Of a stretch of DNA of 64,000 nucleotides, positions 37,001 through 50,272 are shown piece by piece. Location: the NCBI GenBank assembly GCA_004022145.1, contig RCNU01000003.1; one strand, 5' to 3'. A program made the translations under genes and the position numbers. The notes under the pieces were generated by a model. It had not been told where the DNA came from and did not search any database. It saw only the letters and a list, made by a program, of their open reading frames with translations. Numbering within the stretch: position 1 is the stretch's first letter; each line of letters starts with the position of its first letter. This DNA comes from Paecilomyces variotii. Lineage: Eukaryota.

Positions 37001-38999
37001 GCCCGTCGTCTGGCTCGCTGTCATACGCCCTGGCCGCTGAGGGCACGGTGCTCCTGGTCGTCCTCACTGCCGCTAGAAAGCGTCCTGACTTAACTGCTTC
37101 ATCTCCAGCTTCAACTTGCCTGGCGCCACTTCTTCCAGCCCCAACCCCGTGGCTCTTGACCTCGTCGATTCCTTCATCGTCGCTACACCCCCCTTCGTGT
37201 CCAGAAAGACATTGTCAACTCGACGGGTTAACTTGGGATATCGCTTCCTCGACGCCTCCCCAACGCCTCCGCATCTTTATACAGGTTCCGCTTTGGGTCG
37301 TGAGCTTAAGTCATCGTCCCCCCCCGTTGCTCTCCCCCGGAACACCGACGATTGCGACCAACTTCACTCTGTACATCACCCGTTCCCCAGATCGCCTGAA
37401 CCAAACTGACACTGCCTCGCTTGGGCGTAGTTCGTTTAGACAATGTGCTGCTTCTAAACCGTGCCTGCGTCTGCCCGTCGGTGCTGGGAATCTAATTCCG
37501 AGGTCACGCAACCATCCTGGTGCTGCAGCATACCTTCCACACACACGAGAGAGTTTCAGACTGGCGAAGAAGCCCACAGACGAGACACAAACCATACAGA
37601 GCTACTTCTAAGTGGCGACGACATTGAATAATATCACAAAAGGAAGTCGATCTCCAGAGCGATTCCGCATTTCGGGCAATCCTGCTTCAGTTCGACACTG
37701 CGCACTTCCTCAACGCGGCTTCCGAGAACCAAAGAGCCTGGTTGCTATTTGTGGTTCACGATTTCCCTATTTCTACGCAAGAATAAGGATTGTAAGGTGA
37801 CAATCGTTGGTTAGAACATACAGGTTTCTGGAGAAGTTAGTTTTGAGCTTGCGCTTCGGCTCCAGGTCCCGCTTCTAACGCCTCGGCCGTTGACAGATCA
37901 CGATAAGACGACTGTCGCATCGCTCACACAGATTTGTGCTGTATTGAGAGTTTCTGATAATTAGCACGATAGGTAAGCTTCGGATTTTTTATTCAGATTG
38001 CATCGTTGCGCTCCGTTATGTCCCGCTTTGGTATCCGTTTCCCAGTCATCCGACCAGACTCCAGTAAGAAAGAACATGCTGCAGTAGCATCAGATGATGC
38101 TGGCGTTTCAGACGGTAGTTTAACCGTCCTGAGCGCCGAGGCTTTCCCTAGCATTGCTCCTCTCCTTTCCTTATGGCATGATCCCCGTGGGGCTAGCACA
38201 GCGACTTGCGTTTGCCACACATGGCTTGGCCGTGAAAGATAGTTGATCGAGTACATCTGGAAAGCTCATCTATGTGATATTGCGGGGTGATTGCATTCTG
38301 TATCCGCTCCAGTTCACCTTCTCACCCCTTGCTTTGCTTCTTTACTGGATCTTCATTCACTCATCTCCAAAGCAAAGTACTCCCGTTTGATCATCGCACA
38401 CCTTATATTGGTTTCTTTACTGTTGTACTTTTCTTACTTTCCGTTTCCATATTCCATGGCCGCCTCGATATGAGATGCTTATCTTGCCTTCCCATGATTG
38501 ACGGACCTACGTGTTCCAGCTGAGCTGACTCCAGATCGCGTCACTCGCGTATTAACAGGCTGGACTTTTCGCACGAAAATCACGGTCAAAAAATAGATAA
38601 TACCCCTGTGACATTTCTGATTAATCATAAAGTGATATTATATTGAAGGTAAGTCTGCGTGAGCTCATTAGCATCCTCGAGGCTAGGAACGGTCGCTCGA
38701 GCTGTGTTACACTGTGTCACCTGCTGTCCTGCCCCGAAAGCCAATGCACTCTTCTCAATTTCCACTTCATGCGCCCTCTACTCCCGGATAACACGATAAA
38801 CGCGGTGTTCACGCTGACTTGGCTTGTGCAGTTGCGCTGTCGAATCCCATCGCCGTCTGTTACCAGAATCATTGTCTCTCAACAGCCCATCACTCAGCTG
38901 TCAGATGTCCAGTTCCTCCTCGGGAATTCCATGTAACTATTAAAGCCACCAAAGCACATCTGAAGGAGTCGAACGCCCTCTTTACCTATTCAAGGCGTC

Positions 39000-41772
39000 A
39001 TGGCAGCACCATCTAATATCCCGTCACAGCCTTCGAGGCCTGCGGTAACAACTGTGCCTAGCAATGCGTCGCTCCGACTGGAGAAGAGTAACCCCGGGGT
39101 TCGTCGCTCTACGCCTGACTCAGACGCGCTCGCATCCTCTGAAGATGAGAGCGAGCACCAGTCTTCTCAGACCGTACCTTCTGCCTCCATGTCAAAGCCG
39201 GTGCGACGTACCTCATGGCTGAACGAAGTGCCCTCCGGTTTCCCAAGGAAAGGTTCGTTGACTACTGGAAGTTCCTTGTCTTCAGCAGCTTCAAACCCTG
39301 CGACTCCTGCTACCGATCAAACCTGGGCCCCGACCACAAGTCCCAGCTTGGCAGCTTCAAGTACTTGGGGTCATGCTGGCGGGAGCACTTTTGCATGGGG
39401 CACTGGAATTTGGAATACGGAGTCACGCAAGGAGCCGCCACCGCGTCTGGCAGAGATGGTCCCATCCCCGACCATGTCAATTCCTCCGAATACGAGCGGC
39501 AGCGTCGCGGATGAGCTGCTCAGTCCGATAACCCGCACCATCTCTGGTGAATCCTCCATACCGTTTACCATCCCTCTTCATCCGACGCCGAAGACATACC
39601 GCTCTCAGTCTTATTCTGTTGGCCAGTTGGACCCAGAATCCATCGGTCTAGCAGTGAGACCCACTGCGTCCTTCTCTGCCGGCCGCGGTAGAAATGCTGG
39701 ACAATTCTCTGCGCTACAGCACCGGTCCTCTCGACCTAGCCTGCTTGGAGAGTTGGGACATGATCCCGCCATGTTGGGCCGTGTCCGTGAGGACGATGAC
39801 GATGGAGATAGCGCAAATGAGTCAGAAAGCGGTTATAACTACGCCTCGCATCATGCCCGTACGATCGAACAACTCGCGAGAGAGAACGCACTCCTCCGAC
39901 AAGCAGCAGGCCAGCTAGATGGATCACGATTTAGAGAACGCACGATGTCCAATGCATCTGCTAACAGCGGATTTTCCATGGCCAGTGGTGCCCATAACCT
40001 CCATCGTATACACGGCAGTGTCCCTGAAGAATCCGATCTTGCTGTGGAGGACCTAGATGAGCTAGGCAACATCCCGGGCTATAACAATATCCGGAGCAAT
40101 ACAAGGAGAAGGTTCTCCGAGCATTCTGCTAACCTGGAAAAGCAGTTCTCTACATTTACTCCCCTGGAAAATCGGACACTGGAGAATGTCAAAAAGGCCC
40201 ATTGGCAGACCTCTCTCGGTTTCGGCAGCATTGCGGATCTTCCACAAAGCCGACGCCATTCATTTGCAGATATACCCACGAGACACGCATCAATCGGTTC
40301 GGCAGGCGAGTCGCACGCCAACCTTTCAGGCATTGGTTCTCGGTCTGGCCTAGGCGACCGAGACGATGGATTCGTGAATTACACTGAAGGGCCCCTTTCA
40401 TCTACCCCAGGAGAGAACCGTGAGTACCAGTATTTTCGTATGACCCATCATGTTGAAGAGCGTGAATTAGAACTGGAACATTTACAAGCCCGAAAATTTG
40501 CAGCATCCTATTTTTCTGGTCGGGACCAAGCGCTTCGAGTCGAAACCCTCCCCGCCCAAATACCCCCGTCGCTCCACCAGGCGTACAATATGCCGACCGC
40601 ATACGGCCGTCAGCACCCGAACCTAGCACACCCACATCAGAACCAGCTCCTTTTCATCGTCACATTCAAATGCCACCGTGCCGATGTCTTTTACATCCAA
40701 GAGGACACAGGTCTCCAAGTCAAGCCGGGAGATCTTGTGATTGTCGAAGCAGATCGTGGTACAGATCTCGGAACCATCCAGCATGCCAACGTATCCTTGC
40801 AGAAAGCTCGCGAGCTCAAGGAACAATATGCTGAAGAGCACTACAAATGGTTAATGATGTTTTCTAGACGAGCACAGGACGGGGCTTCGAATGTTGTCAA
40901 CCCAAATGGGGCACTGCCAGGAGTGGGAAATAGGAGCGCCATAGGAGGGATGGGACCTCCAGGCTCTCACGGCGCGCAAGAATCTCAAGTCACCGAGATA
41001 AAGCCCAAGTTAATCAAGAGACTTGCACAGAACCATGAGATTCTTACCTTACGTGACAAGGAAGGTAATGAAGCGAAAGCTAAGCGGGTCTGTCAGCAGA
41101 AGGTCGCTGAGCACAGACTTAACATGGAGATCCTGGATGCCGAATTTCAGATGTGAGCAAATTCCGTTCATTCCTCCATGAAGGTTGCTAAAGTTAGTTT
41201 CCAGGGACTGGAAGAAACTCACCTTCTACTATTTCGCGGATTCTTATATTAACTTCAACTCCCTGGTTACCGATCTGTTCAAGATCTACAAAACAAGAAT
41301 CTGGATGTCCGCTATTAACCCGGCTTCCTTTGTAACTCCCCCCACTACCGGCCTGCAACCTCCTACCGGAGTGGGAAGTCCGCTAGGTTACGGTCAAGAT
41401 GGCCCCCATGATCGTCGTCATCATCATGACCACAGATCATACGCTCTTGCCCCGGCTTCATCGGGTAATATCAGAGACCCACTGGAGTCGAGCCGAGATG
41501 CTATCGCTAGCCCAATGGGTGGACCGCGTAACGCTTATATTGATGCTTATCCACCATTTGGTCAAAGTCCTCGTCAGCCTGAGATAGGCTTTGACGCAGT
41601 TGCGCAAGCTTCAAACGACCCTTTCACATCATCGTACCTACCAAACACCTTTGGTAATGCGGGTCTGGTGGACTACGCATCCGCGAACAATGTTGCCCCA
41701 AACGCTGCGCAACGAGCTCATGCTCAAAGCGAGTGGGTGAACAGATTCCAGGGCTTGTCACTCGGGTCCTAA
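39000..41772 (+). CDS. PSP1 C-terminal domain protein
   Basis: Exons 39000-41152 and 41205-41772. PSP1 motifs GDLVIVEADRGTDLG, IKRLA, LNMEILDAEFQM|DWKKLTFYYFADSYINFNSLVTDLFKIYKTRIWM. The N-terminus is long and disordered with RRxS sites. Confidence 0.9.
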
Positions 41773-42853
41773 AGATGACGATATTGGATCCGTTCTATAT
41801 GCTGTACGCAGTGTGAGCGATCTACACCACTAATATGAACTTCAAGTCGGTTGGGAGAAAGACGTACGATAATCTCACCGGTCACACCCCTCTCGTTCAG
41901 TGTTTCGATCTTCTTTTTTCTTTCCCGATAAAACTAAAATAGATATCTCTCAAGAGTCACTTGTAGATCAGACGGATCTACACCCTGTCTTTTCCTTTGA
42001 TACCTCCATAGACTTTTCATAACCCGCAAGTCACCGGGTCGTTTCGCTTATTGTGTTTCCTGTCATCACTGTTACCTCTCTACTCCCTTTCTGCGCTTTA
42101 TGTCAGTCGATCTTTGTTATATCCTGACCATCTCCCGTCGGGAATGAGATTGTTGGACGGTCTAAAATATACGAGATCGAGGACAATTTCTTTTCTTTTC
42201 TTTTTCATGTTGGGTCACGGGGAATTTGTTCACTGGAAGTGCACTCACGATCAAAAGAATGAAAAGCGGAGAGTAGAGACCGTCTCCCGATGCTGAAATG
42301 GGAGACCTTGGGACTCTGCATTCAGCTACGATCGGGTTCGGTCTGTCTGTTCCGCTAGAGACGAGCTAGACATAGATGGCACACCCTGCTATGGGTTGGT
42401 TATGTTCTCTTGTATTTATCTGTTTGCCATTGTTTTCGAGGGACTCGAAATCGTCTCTTCTGTGATTCTGCTTAGCAACTGCTCTGGATAACTTGAGCTC
42501 CATGTCTTTCTTTGTTCAGCGTTGGCGTGGGCAAGAAAAGCAGAGCTGGCTTCGACGACGGATTTTGATAGACACGAAACGGTACTGTTTAATTCTCCAA
42601 AGATCGTTATAGCAAATTTAGACCAGTTTTCTTATAATAAATGTCAATATGCTTTCTGTCTTTCCAGTAACTGAGCGATGGTCGATACCTAACTAGTCTA
42701 TACCCTCTCCTACTCGACTTTCCCAGCATGGTCACCTGATCCCTGTGGATGTTCAGAGAGATTGTCCGCCACGAAGAGGTGACACACCATCGTCTAAGTT
42801 CAATCCATGGGCAAAGCGTCTCTCTCACAGTGCGTATAATCTAATTTAGCATT

Positions 42854-43978
42854 ATGGCTCCATCAACACGAAAGCGTACTAAACCAGGTGAGTCCGCCAT
42901 TCTAAAGACTGGTAGACTCGTCCCTGACACTGGGGCTGTTTAGCAAAAGCGAAATCAAGTCAAAAGAAACAAAAGAAGGAGAAAGAACAGGACCAATCTC
43001 GTGATAATGTCTCTCATGACGCCAGCGACGCAGACAGCTGGTCTCTTTCGTCTGGTCTTTCAGACTGGGCCTCTCTAGGCCAGCCAGAAGAAGCAAGGTA
43101 CAGCCTGACAATCAGATCTAAGGCCCATCTAATCCTCCTCGTCATATCACAATATATGCAGGTATCATGATATCTAATGATGTCAATATAGAGAGATGAT
43201 CGCTTCGTTACAGAATATACTGGAATCCGCTGAGAACAAAGATGATTTCTGGGAGAGCTTCGAATCTAGTGTGAAGAAAGATGAGAAAAGGCTCCTTGGA
43301 ATCATAGATGGTTATAAGAAGCTGTTGCATGTCTCTCCTTACTTCCGTCTTGATATCTTGCGTGTACTGACGCTATGGACATCCGATAGCGAAACTGAGG
43401 ATGAAGAGTTCAACTCGCAGTTTGCTCAACTCATGGCTGCGGCCCTCGCACCAACCGGCGTGGAACCTTCTCTGTCTACGGATATCCTACCTGGGGATTG
43501 TACTCCCGAGAACCATCCGCTATATGCTCTATCACGGAGCCTTGTTGATCGTTCTAAGACCTTGGCGCATGAATACGATAAACTTTCCCAGTACGCAAGC
43601 AACTTGAAACTCCCCGAGGATCCAAGACCCGTTATAGAAAAGGATTATGAGGAAGTACGCCGCATCATAGCCGCTGGTAGACGAGCCTCAGAAGCGCAGA
43701 TAGAAAAGAGCTTGGCTTCTAATGAGAAAGGGAAGAAAGGACGCCGGGGACAGACTTCTGCACTTGTTGGGGGTGACATGGGAATCAAAGATAAGGTGTT
43801 CGAGGAGGATGTGCACCTTCAGGCTATGTTGAAGATGGGGCGTGAAGAACTAGAGAAGGGTGATGATAGTAGGGGAAAGAAAAAGATCTACGGATGGGGA
43901 AAGGCTGTTACTCGTGCTCAAAAGGCGATGAAGGCTCTTGTCAAAGTTCTGCCAAATGAGGATAGGGAACGATACTAG
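42854..43978 (+). CDS. Hypothetical charged/helical protein, multi-exon
   Basis: ATG 42854 (MAPSTRKRTKP) with a GTGAGT donor at 42888. A second open exon starts at 42944, followed by the 260-aa ORF ending 43978. A probable in-frame intron lies near 43324-43389. The exon model is uncertain and no family was recognised. Confidence 0.6.
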
Positions 43979-44395
43979 AGGAAGGAAATCCTAGGGAGCA
44001 GGAGTGGATGTAATAATTGATATGGATTATATGAGAATAATCAATTAGAATAATTAATTATCACTTCGAGAATATCATGGCTCATATCAATCTTTTCCCG
44101 TAGATATACTTTCTAGCCAATCCTCGGCGGCACTCCCGCGAAGACTGGTGACTAGAGCGGTGATTGGCGGGTTGTGTGCAGCTCGCCTAATTTTTAGCGT
44201 CCCACACACAACGACACTTCGACAAAGTTGTCTCGCAACTTTCAGTTTTCAGCAGCGACAACGACGACAGCCGACAACAAGCCCACGCCGACAAGGTACG
44301 TTGTTTCGATTATATCCCACGATTCTGATCGACTTCTTCCAAGGTCATCGAAAAACAATTGGAAACGGACGCAGTGAGCTGATAATCGATTCCAG

Positions 44396-45362
44396 ATGGG
44401 TGCCCTCAAGTACGTGGAAGAGCTCCAGAAGAAGAAGCAGTCCGACGTGATCCGCTTCCTGCTGCGCGTCCGATGCTGGGAGGTGAGACCCCTCGCAAAT
44501 TCCGATTGATATGCATTACTCGCCGGAAAACTCGTTTGCTTTGCCATAGGATACCTAATTGTGGTGTTGTCTGGGCGGGCTCGACTTTACCTGCCGGCGG
44601 GTGGATGTGGCACACAATCCGAAGCAGATTTTTTGGATGCTGTGTCTTGCTATACACTCGTTGAACTTTGCTGAGAGTGCATTAATATAGCTCCGTCAAC
44701 TCAATGTTATCCACCGCGCTTCCCGTCCTTCGCGCCCCGACAAGGCTCGTCGTCTTGGTTACAAGGCCAAGCAGGGCTACGTGATCTACCGTGTCCGTGT
44801 CCGTCGTGGTGGCCGCAAGCGCCCTGTTCCCAAGGGTGCCACCTACGGTATGCGATTCCCAGGCTCGAAAAATTGGATGATCGGTTTTCTTCTCTGAACG
44901 ACTGCTCACACTACGGGAAAATTTTAGGCAAGCCCACCAACCAGGGTGTTAACCAGCTGAAGTACCAGCGCTCCCTGAAGTCCACTGCTGAGGAGCGTGT
45001 CGGCCGTCACGCTGCTAACCTCCGCGTCCTGAACTCCTACTGGATCAACCAGGACTCGACCTACAAGTACTACGAGGTCATCCTCGTTGACCCCCAGCAC
45101 AAGGCTATCCGCCGCGACCCCCGCATCAACTGGATCGTCAAGCCCGTCCACAAGGTTAGTTTTGATCAGACAATTGGATCAGTATTAGTGATTGCAGGAC
45201 TGACGTATAATTTCTTAACAGCACCGCGAGTCTCGTGGTCTCACTGCCACCGGCAAGAAGTCCCGTGGTATCAACAAGGGCCACGGCTACACCAAGACCA
45301 CCGCCGGTCGCCGGAAGACCTGGAAGCGCCACAACACCCAGAGCTACTGGAGATACCGTTAG
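44396..45362 (+). CDS. rpl15: 60S ribosomal protein L15 (eL15); 4 coding exons plus a 5'UTR intron
   Basis: Exons 44396-44482, 44691-44847, 44928-45154 and 45222-45362 give [33 protein letters not shown]...[15 protein letters not shown]...SYWRYR. Strong codon bias. The UTR intron 44296-44395 ends directly at the ATG. Confidence 0.97.
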
Positions 45363-46524
45363 GTGTGAGGAGTCACCCAGCCCCGGATGGTGGTGGCTAT
45401 GGCATCTGTTTCTCATGGTGGTGCTTGGACCGGATAATAAAAAATGCTACGACTATGTCATTGAGCTTTTCCAGCGTGTGCTTTATGCCAGGATCTTTTC
45501 AGATCGGATATTTCAGCAAGGAATGTTATCAATTTCTTTGCTCATGGAGTGCCACCAGGATGCTTTCAATGAGCTAGAGTTTCAAAAAAAGTATTGGGTG
45601 TCTGCCCAACCAAGGTCGATCCTTCCCACCCTAACACACTATCTATCACCGTTGTAGCGATGCGTACAGTTGTAGAACAGAGAAGAACCCCGCCTTTGGA
45701 TCGAACTCAACCGGATAGGTGAACTTGTGAAGTGATAGGCCTGTGGGTTCGCAGTAGTAGCGGAGCGTACACGTACTCACGCGCAACTCAGCAGAGTAAC
45801 TAACGTCTCTGGTTGACGAATGGCTGCTAAAAATAGTTCACTAGGCGCTCGAAGGGGGTTCATGAAACAAGAGAATGAACAGCCTCAGGCTGTTCAGAGG
45901 CATCCATTCCTGAATTGGTCGAGCAGGAAACGCTGGTCCAAGCTTTATTTCCCTGAGGTTGATCCCCCTCTCGGCCCGTAAATAATACATGATCGCCAGG
46001 CTGTATCTCAGTAGGGGTAGATAGAGAGTTATGGTTACCTTCCGTTAACTTACCGCCCTTAGAACCGGTTCCGCGAGCTTCCTGGCCCGGATCTTCCTAG
46101 TCCCTGAGAACGCCGGCTAACTTGACCATACTGTTACACTTTCTGGTCCCTAGGGAATAGCTGGGAACGCACGGGCAGGTACCTGTGTCCGAAGGAGCAT
46201 CTTCTTCCTCGCATTCTCCAAATACGAGCAGCTAGCTCTTGCTATTCGGTGACATTGTGTCTTGTTTCTTTAGTCCCTTGGCAGGTGCAGACGGGACGAC
46301 TGAGACATCCCTCCATCTGCGTATGCGGAGCAACAAAGACGATCCTGGAGCTCCCCCATCTCCCTTTCTTCTCTACACGGCCTTATTAACTATCTTAATT
46401 CGGGGGATTTTCTACTGAGACTGAGGTGAAGGAGAACAGATCAACGATATTTCTTGCAACTTTCAGCAATTGAACTGTGCATGACTGGAGGGTGTTCAAG
46501 TCTGCTCCAAGTAAATGCGTCCAT

Positions 46525-49500
46525 ATGCCGTCCTGGTCGTCACGATTACATCCGGGCCCGTCGACGTCGAGCTCGAATGCTGCTCATGCGAACGTCTCAT
46601 CAGCGATTCCAGTTGCAGAAAGGACGGTACCGATACCCGTCAATAACGATGTCCCCGTCCTGATCCCCTTCGAAACTCCACACCCATCGGCTCGCCGTTC
46701 ACACTCCCGCTCGATCAGTCACCCGTTTCCTTCGTTGTTTGGAGGAGGCAACAGGAAGAACAGCAAGGGCGTTTCGAAGCAGGATTTCTTGGATTCGGAT
46801 GATGACGATGATATCGTCACCTATGCCCCGGATCCCAGGTCGAATAGTCCGCGCAAAGCGTCACAGCGGCCGGGGCCTGCAGAGGATGTCCACACGGGTA
46901 AATGCATGACATGCGACTCTACCGTGAAGTGGCCCCGCGATGTCAAGGTGTTCAGGTGCACTGTCTGTCTGACGGTCAATGATCTAGAGCCCCATCGTGG
47001 CTCGGGGGACGCTCCGCATCATGGTCCTTCCGGCCGGACTGAGGCACCGGCGGCTAAGGGCATCCACAGAAAAGGTACGATGGTGCAAGAAGGCAAGCTT
47101 GAAGATGGAGCTAATGTATTGAAGCTATCCCCATATCTGTTGAACGGACGAAGAGGATTGTCGATCAATGCGTCTCGTCCTACCTTCAGAGACGCTTGGA
47201 TATCCTCGAATCGCGCTTGTCGTCTACGGGTGTCAACGGTCAGCGTTTCGATATCTCTCCTCTGTCTCAGGCAAACGGCGAACGCGGGGCAGAGACACCG
47301 GGTAATCAGCGCTTTCTTACCCCGGATGCCCAGCTATCCACGTCGCCAAAGGAAACTTGGGGCTCTTCGGGTGGTTATCTGTCTCCACCGAAGGAGCGCG
47401 TAGATATCCGCAATGGGGAAGGAAGCCGTTCACATCTCTCGCCATATGCCGCCGATGCTGAGAGGCGACACCTGCGCAGGAAGAATCGTTCGAGTTCTGA
47501 CATCCCTGCTGTGCCCGGGAGGGATCGTTCACCAAGGGGAGCAGGTCACTCAGCAAACGAGACCTCACCGAGGGGGCCGTCAGACAATCGCCCATTGATC
47601 TTCCGGCCGCTTGAGGACTATATTATATCATGCTTTAGAGGCTGTGAATGCCTCAGCAACTCATTCTATACTGCACGCTCCTATTCTCAGACTACTCATG
47701 AAGCCCCCGCACAACGAGTAAAAACGGAGCAGAACCCGACGCTAAACCCTCTACCTGATCCCGCAATGTTCGAGCCAGATGCCAAGACTCTGCTTCTCGG
47801 AGATGTTGCAGAGAACTCTACGTGGTGGTTAGGTCAGCGCGTCCGACGAGGCGAAGTGAACGACGCGAAACGAGACAGATCTCCGGACCCGCCCAGACAC
47901 AGCGTTTCTCCGAGAACGCCTCGAATCGACTGGGCAGAGCTTGCAGAGTGGTACCGAACCGTACTGAGTGCGGGGGAATCCTGGCATGAGAAGTGGTCGA
48001 TGATGACGCTAGGAGACACGAACACTGATCGAAGGTCATCCGGAAGTAAGAGATGGGACACAATAGAGCTAGACGTGATAGAAAGAGAGATCACTGAGGC
48101 CCGTTTGCATGCTCAGAGGACGCTTCTGAAAGCAACAGAGAGTGTCCTCAAGCGGCCAAGACAGCCCCTGAAGACTCCGGAGGATACCAGGTTCTTGCTG
48201 ATACTTCTGGCGAATCCACTGTTATACTCGTCTTCTTCTTCGTTCAGACGACCTTCGGCCACGCCAGCACCGCCCTCGAGGACTGAAGGGCAGCCATCAA
48301 GGCCAAGGGGCAATAACGCATATCCTTCAGATAACCGTTCACCTCGCGGAGTGGCTGCCCCTAGAAGACCGAGAACGAGTGGGCCAGGCAATCACTCAGG
48401 CATCATAAAGAGGATCTTGGGATTGATATCAAATCTACCGAATGAGTGCCATCACTACCTGGTATTGTGGTTTTCCCGTTTCTCTGAAGGTCAATTCCAG
48501 AGGACAGTGGACCTTGTCGGTGGTTTTGTGACGTACCGTCTCATGCGCCAACATGGAAAACAACGAAGCGAGTCTTCTAAAGACGACAATGGGTTAATCC
48601 CCACTTTGCCTGGTCCCATTGGGAATACGGCTGCTCAACTGCATGCTGCGCTTAGCGGAAGGAATCAATCGAAACAAAAGAATGATAGTGGTCCTAAGCC
48701 GGTAGTCTACGGAGAGGATTGGCAGATCAAGGCCGCCGCTAGGGTGATGTCGCTCCTGTTTGCAGCGAATAATTCCAGTTTTTCTCGAAAGCAAGACGCC
48801 GTTTTTGCTGATGGCCGATCAAATGCTGGTCTCATTGCCCGAGGCAACGCGCAGAGTCGTGGCCAGAAGATTCCTATTAGTTCTTTTTATAATACTCTCC
48901 TCGATTATTCAGATCTCGTGGCTGATTTCGAAGCATGGGAATCACGCAGTGGGAAGTTTTCCTTCTGTCAATACCCTTTCTTCCTCAGTATTTGGGCCAA
49001 GATACATATCCTGGAACACGATGCCCGTCGACAGATGGAAGTAAAAGCGCGGGAAGCTTTCTTCGATAGTATACTCAGCCGCAAAGCCGTGAGCCAGTAC
49101 CTGGTTTTCAAAGTCCGTAGAGACTGTCTCATCGAGGACAGTTTGCGTCGTGTCAGCGAAGTGATAGGTGGCGGCCTGGAAGAGGTCAAGAAGGGCCTAC
49201 GTATCGAGTTCCTCGGCGAAGAGGGAGTGGATGCTGGAGGTCTTCGCAAAGAGTGGTTTTTACTCCTCGTAAGAGAGGTCTTTGACCCCAATCATGGTGT
49301 GTTCTCTGTCCCTGGTTATTCTCGCAGACGGTCAACTGACAGCTTCTTTCAGGACTTTTCCTTTACGATGAGGAGTCACAATTCTGCTATTTCAACCCCT
49401 ACTGCTTCGAATCTTCGGAGCAGTTCTTCCTGGTCGGCGTACTTCTAGGATTGGCTATATACAATTCGACTATCCTCGATATCGCCTTGCCGCCTTTTGC

Positions 49501-50272
49501 GTTCAAGAAGCTTCTTGCATCAGCACCACCATCGAACGGGCCTGCTACCTCGACTTCGCGTTCGACGTATAGATGTACACTAGATGACTTGGAGCAATAC
49601 CGGCCGTCCTTAGCTAAAGGCCTACGAGGTCTCCTGGAGTATGATGGCGATGTGCAGGAGACATTCTGCCATGACTTTGTGGCCCAGGTGGATCGCTACG
49701 GCGAGATTCTCGAGATCCCGCTGTGCCCTGGAGGCGAGCGGAAGCCGGTTACGAATTCCAACCGGCGGGAATTCGTGGACCTGTACGTCCACTATATGCT
49801 TGATATCGCGACCGCAAGGCAATTTGAGCCGTTCAAGCGAGGTTTCTTTACCGTGTGCGCCGGCAATGCCTTGTCTCTTTTCCGACCGGAGGAGATTGAG
49901 CTGTTGGTGCGAGGATCGGACGAGCCTCTGGACGTTGCGTCTCTCCGTGCGGTTGCTCACTACGACAATTGGGCGAATCCCCGCCCTGAGAATGAGCCAG
50001 TAGTACAGTGGTTCTGGGAGCTCTTCATGGGTGCGGATGCCAAGGCGCAGAGAAGGCTGCTCTCGTTCATCACGGGCAGCGATCGCATCCCGGCGATGGG
50101 AGCTACCAACTTGACGATCCGTCTCTCGTGCCTGGGAGACGACGTGCAGAGATATCCGACGGCGCGGACGTGTTTCAACATGCTGGGACTGTATCAGTAT
50201 CCGACGAAGCAGAAACTAGCGGCTAAACTGTGGAGCGCAGTGGACAACAGTGAAGGATTCGGTTTGAAATGA
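46525..50272 (+). CDS. hul4: HECT-type E3 ubiquitin ligase (Hul4-like); 3 exons
   Basis: Exons 46525-47074, 47125-49296 and 49353-50272. FSFCQYPFFLS, VRRDCLIEDSL, F.GEEGVDAGGLRKEWF, FITGSDRIP, and the catalytic YPTARTCFN; ends SEGFGLK*. Confidence 0.9.

Noticed and set aside
36742..37611. 289-aa ORF upstream of the PSP1 gene
   Set aside because: GTG start, low-complexity P/S/L/R composition from a CT-rich region, no motif. Better explained as promoter/5' leader.
41962..42307. Short perfect hairpins in the PSP1 3' region (TGTAGATC/GATCTACA; GTCTCCC/GGGAGAC)
   Set aside because: Isolated 7-8-bp stems are expected by chance in 64 kb, and there is no other support.
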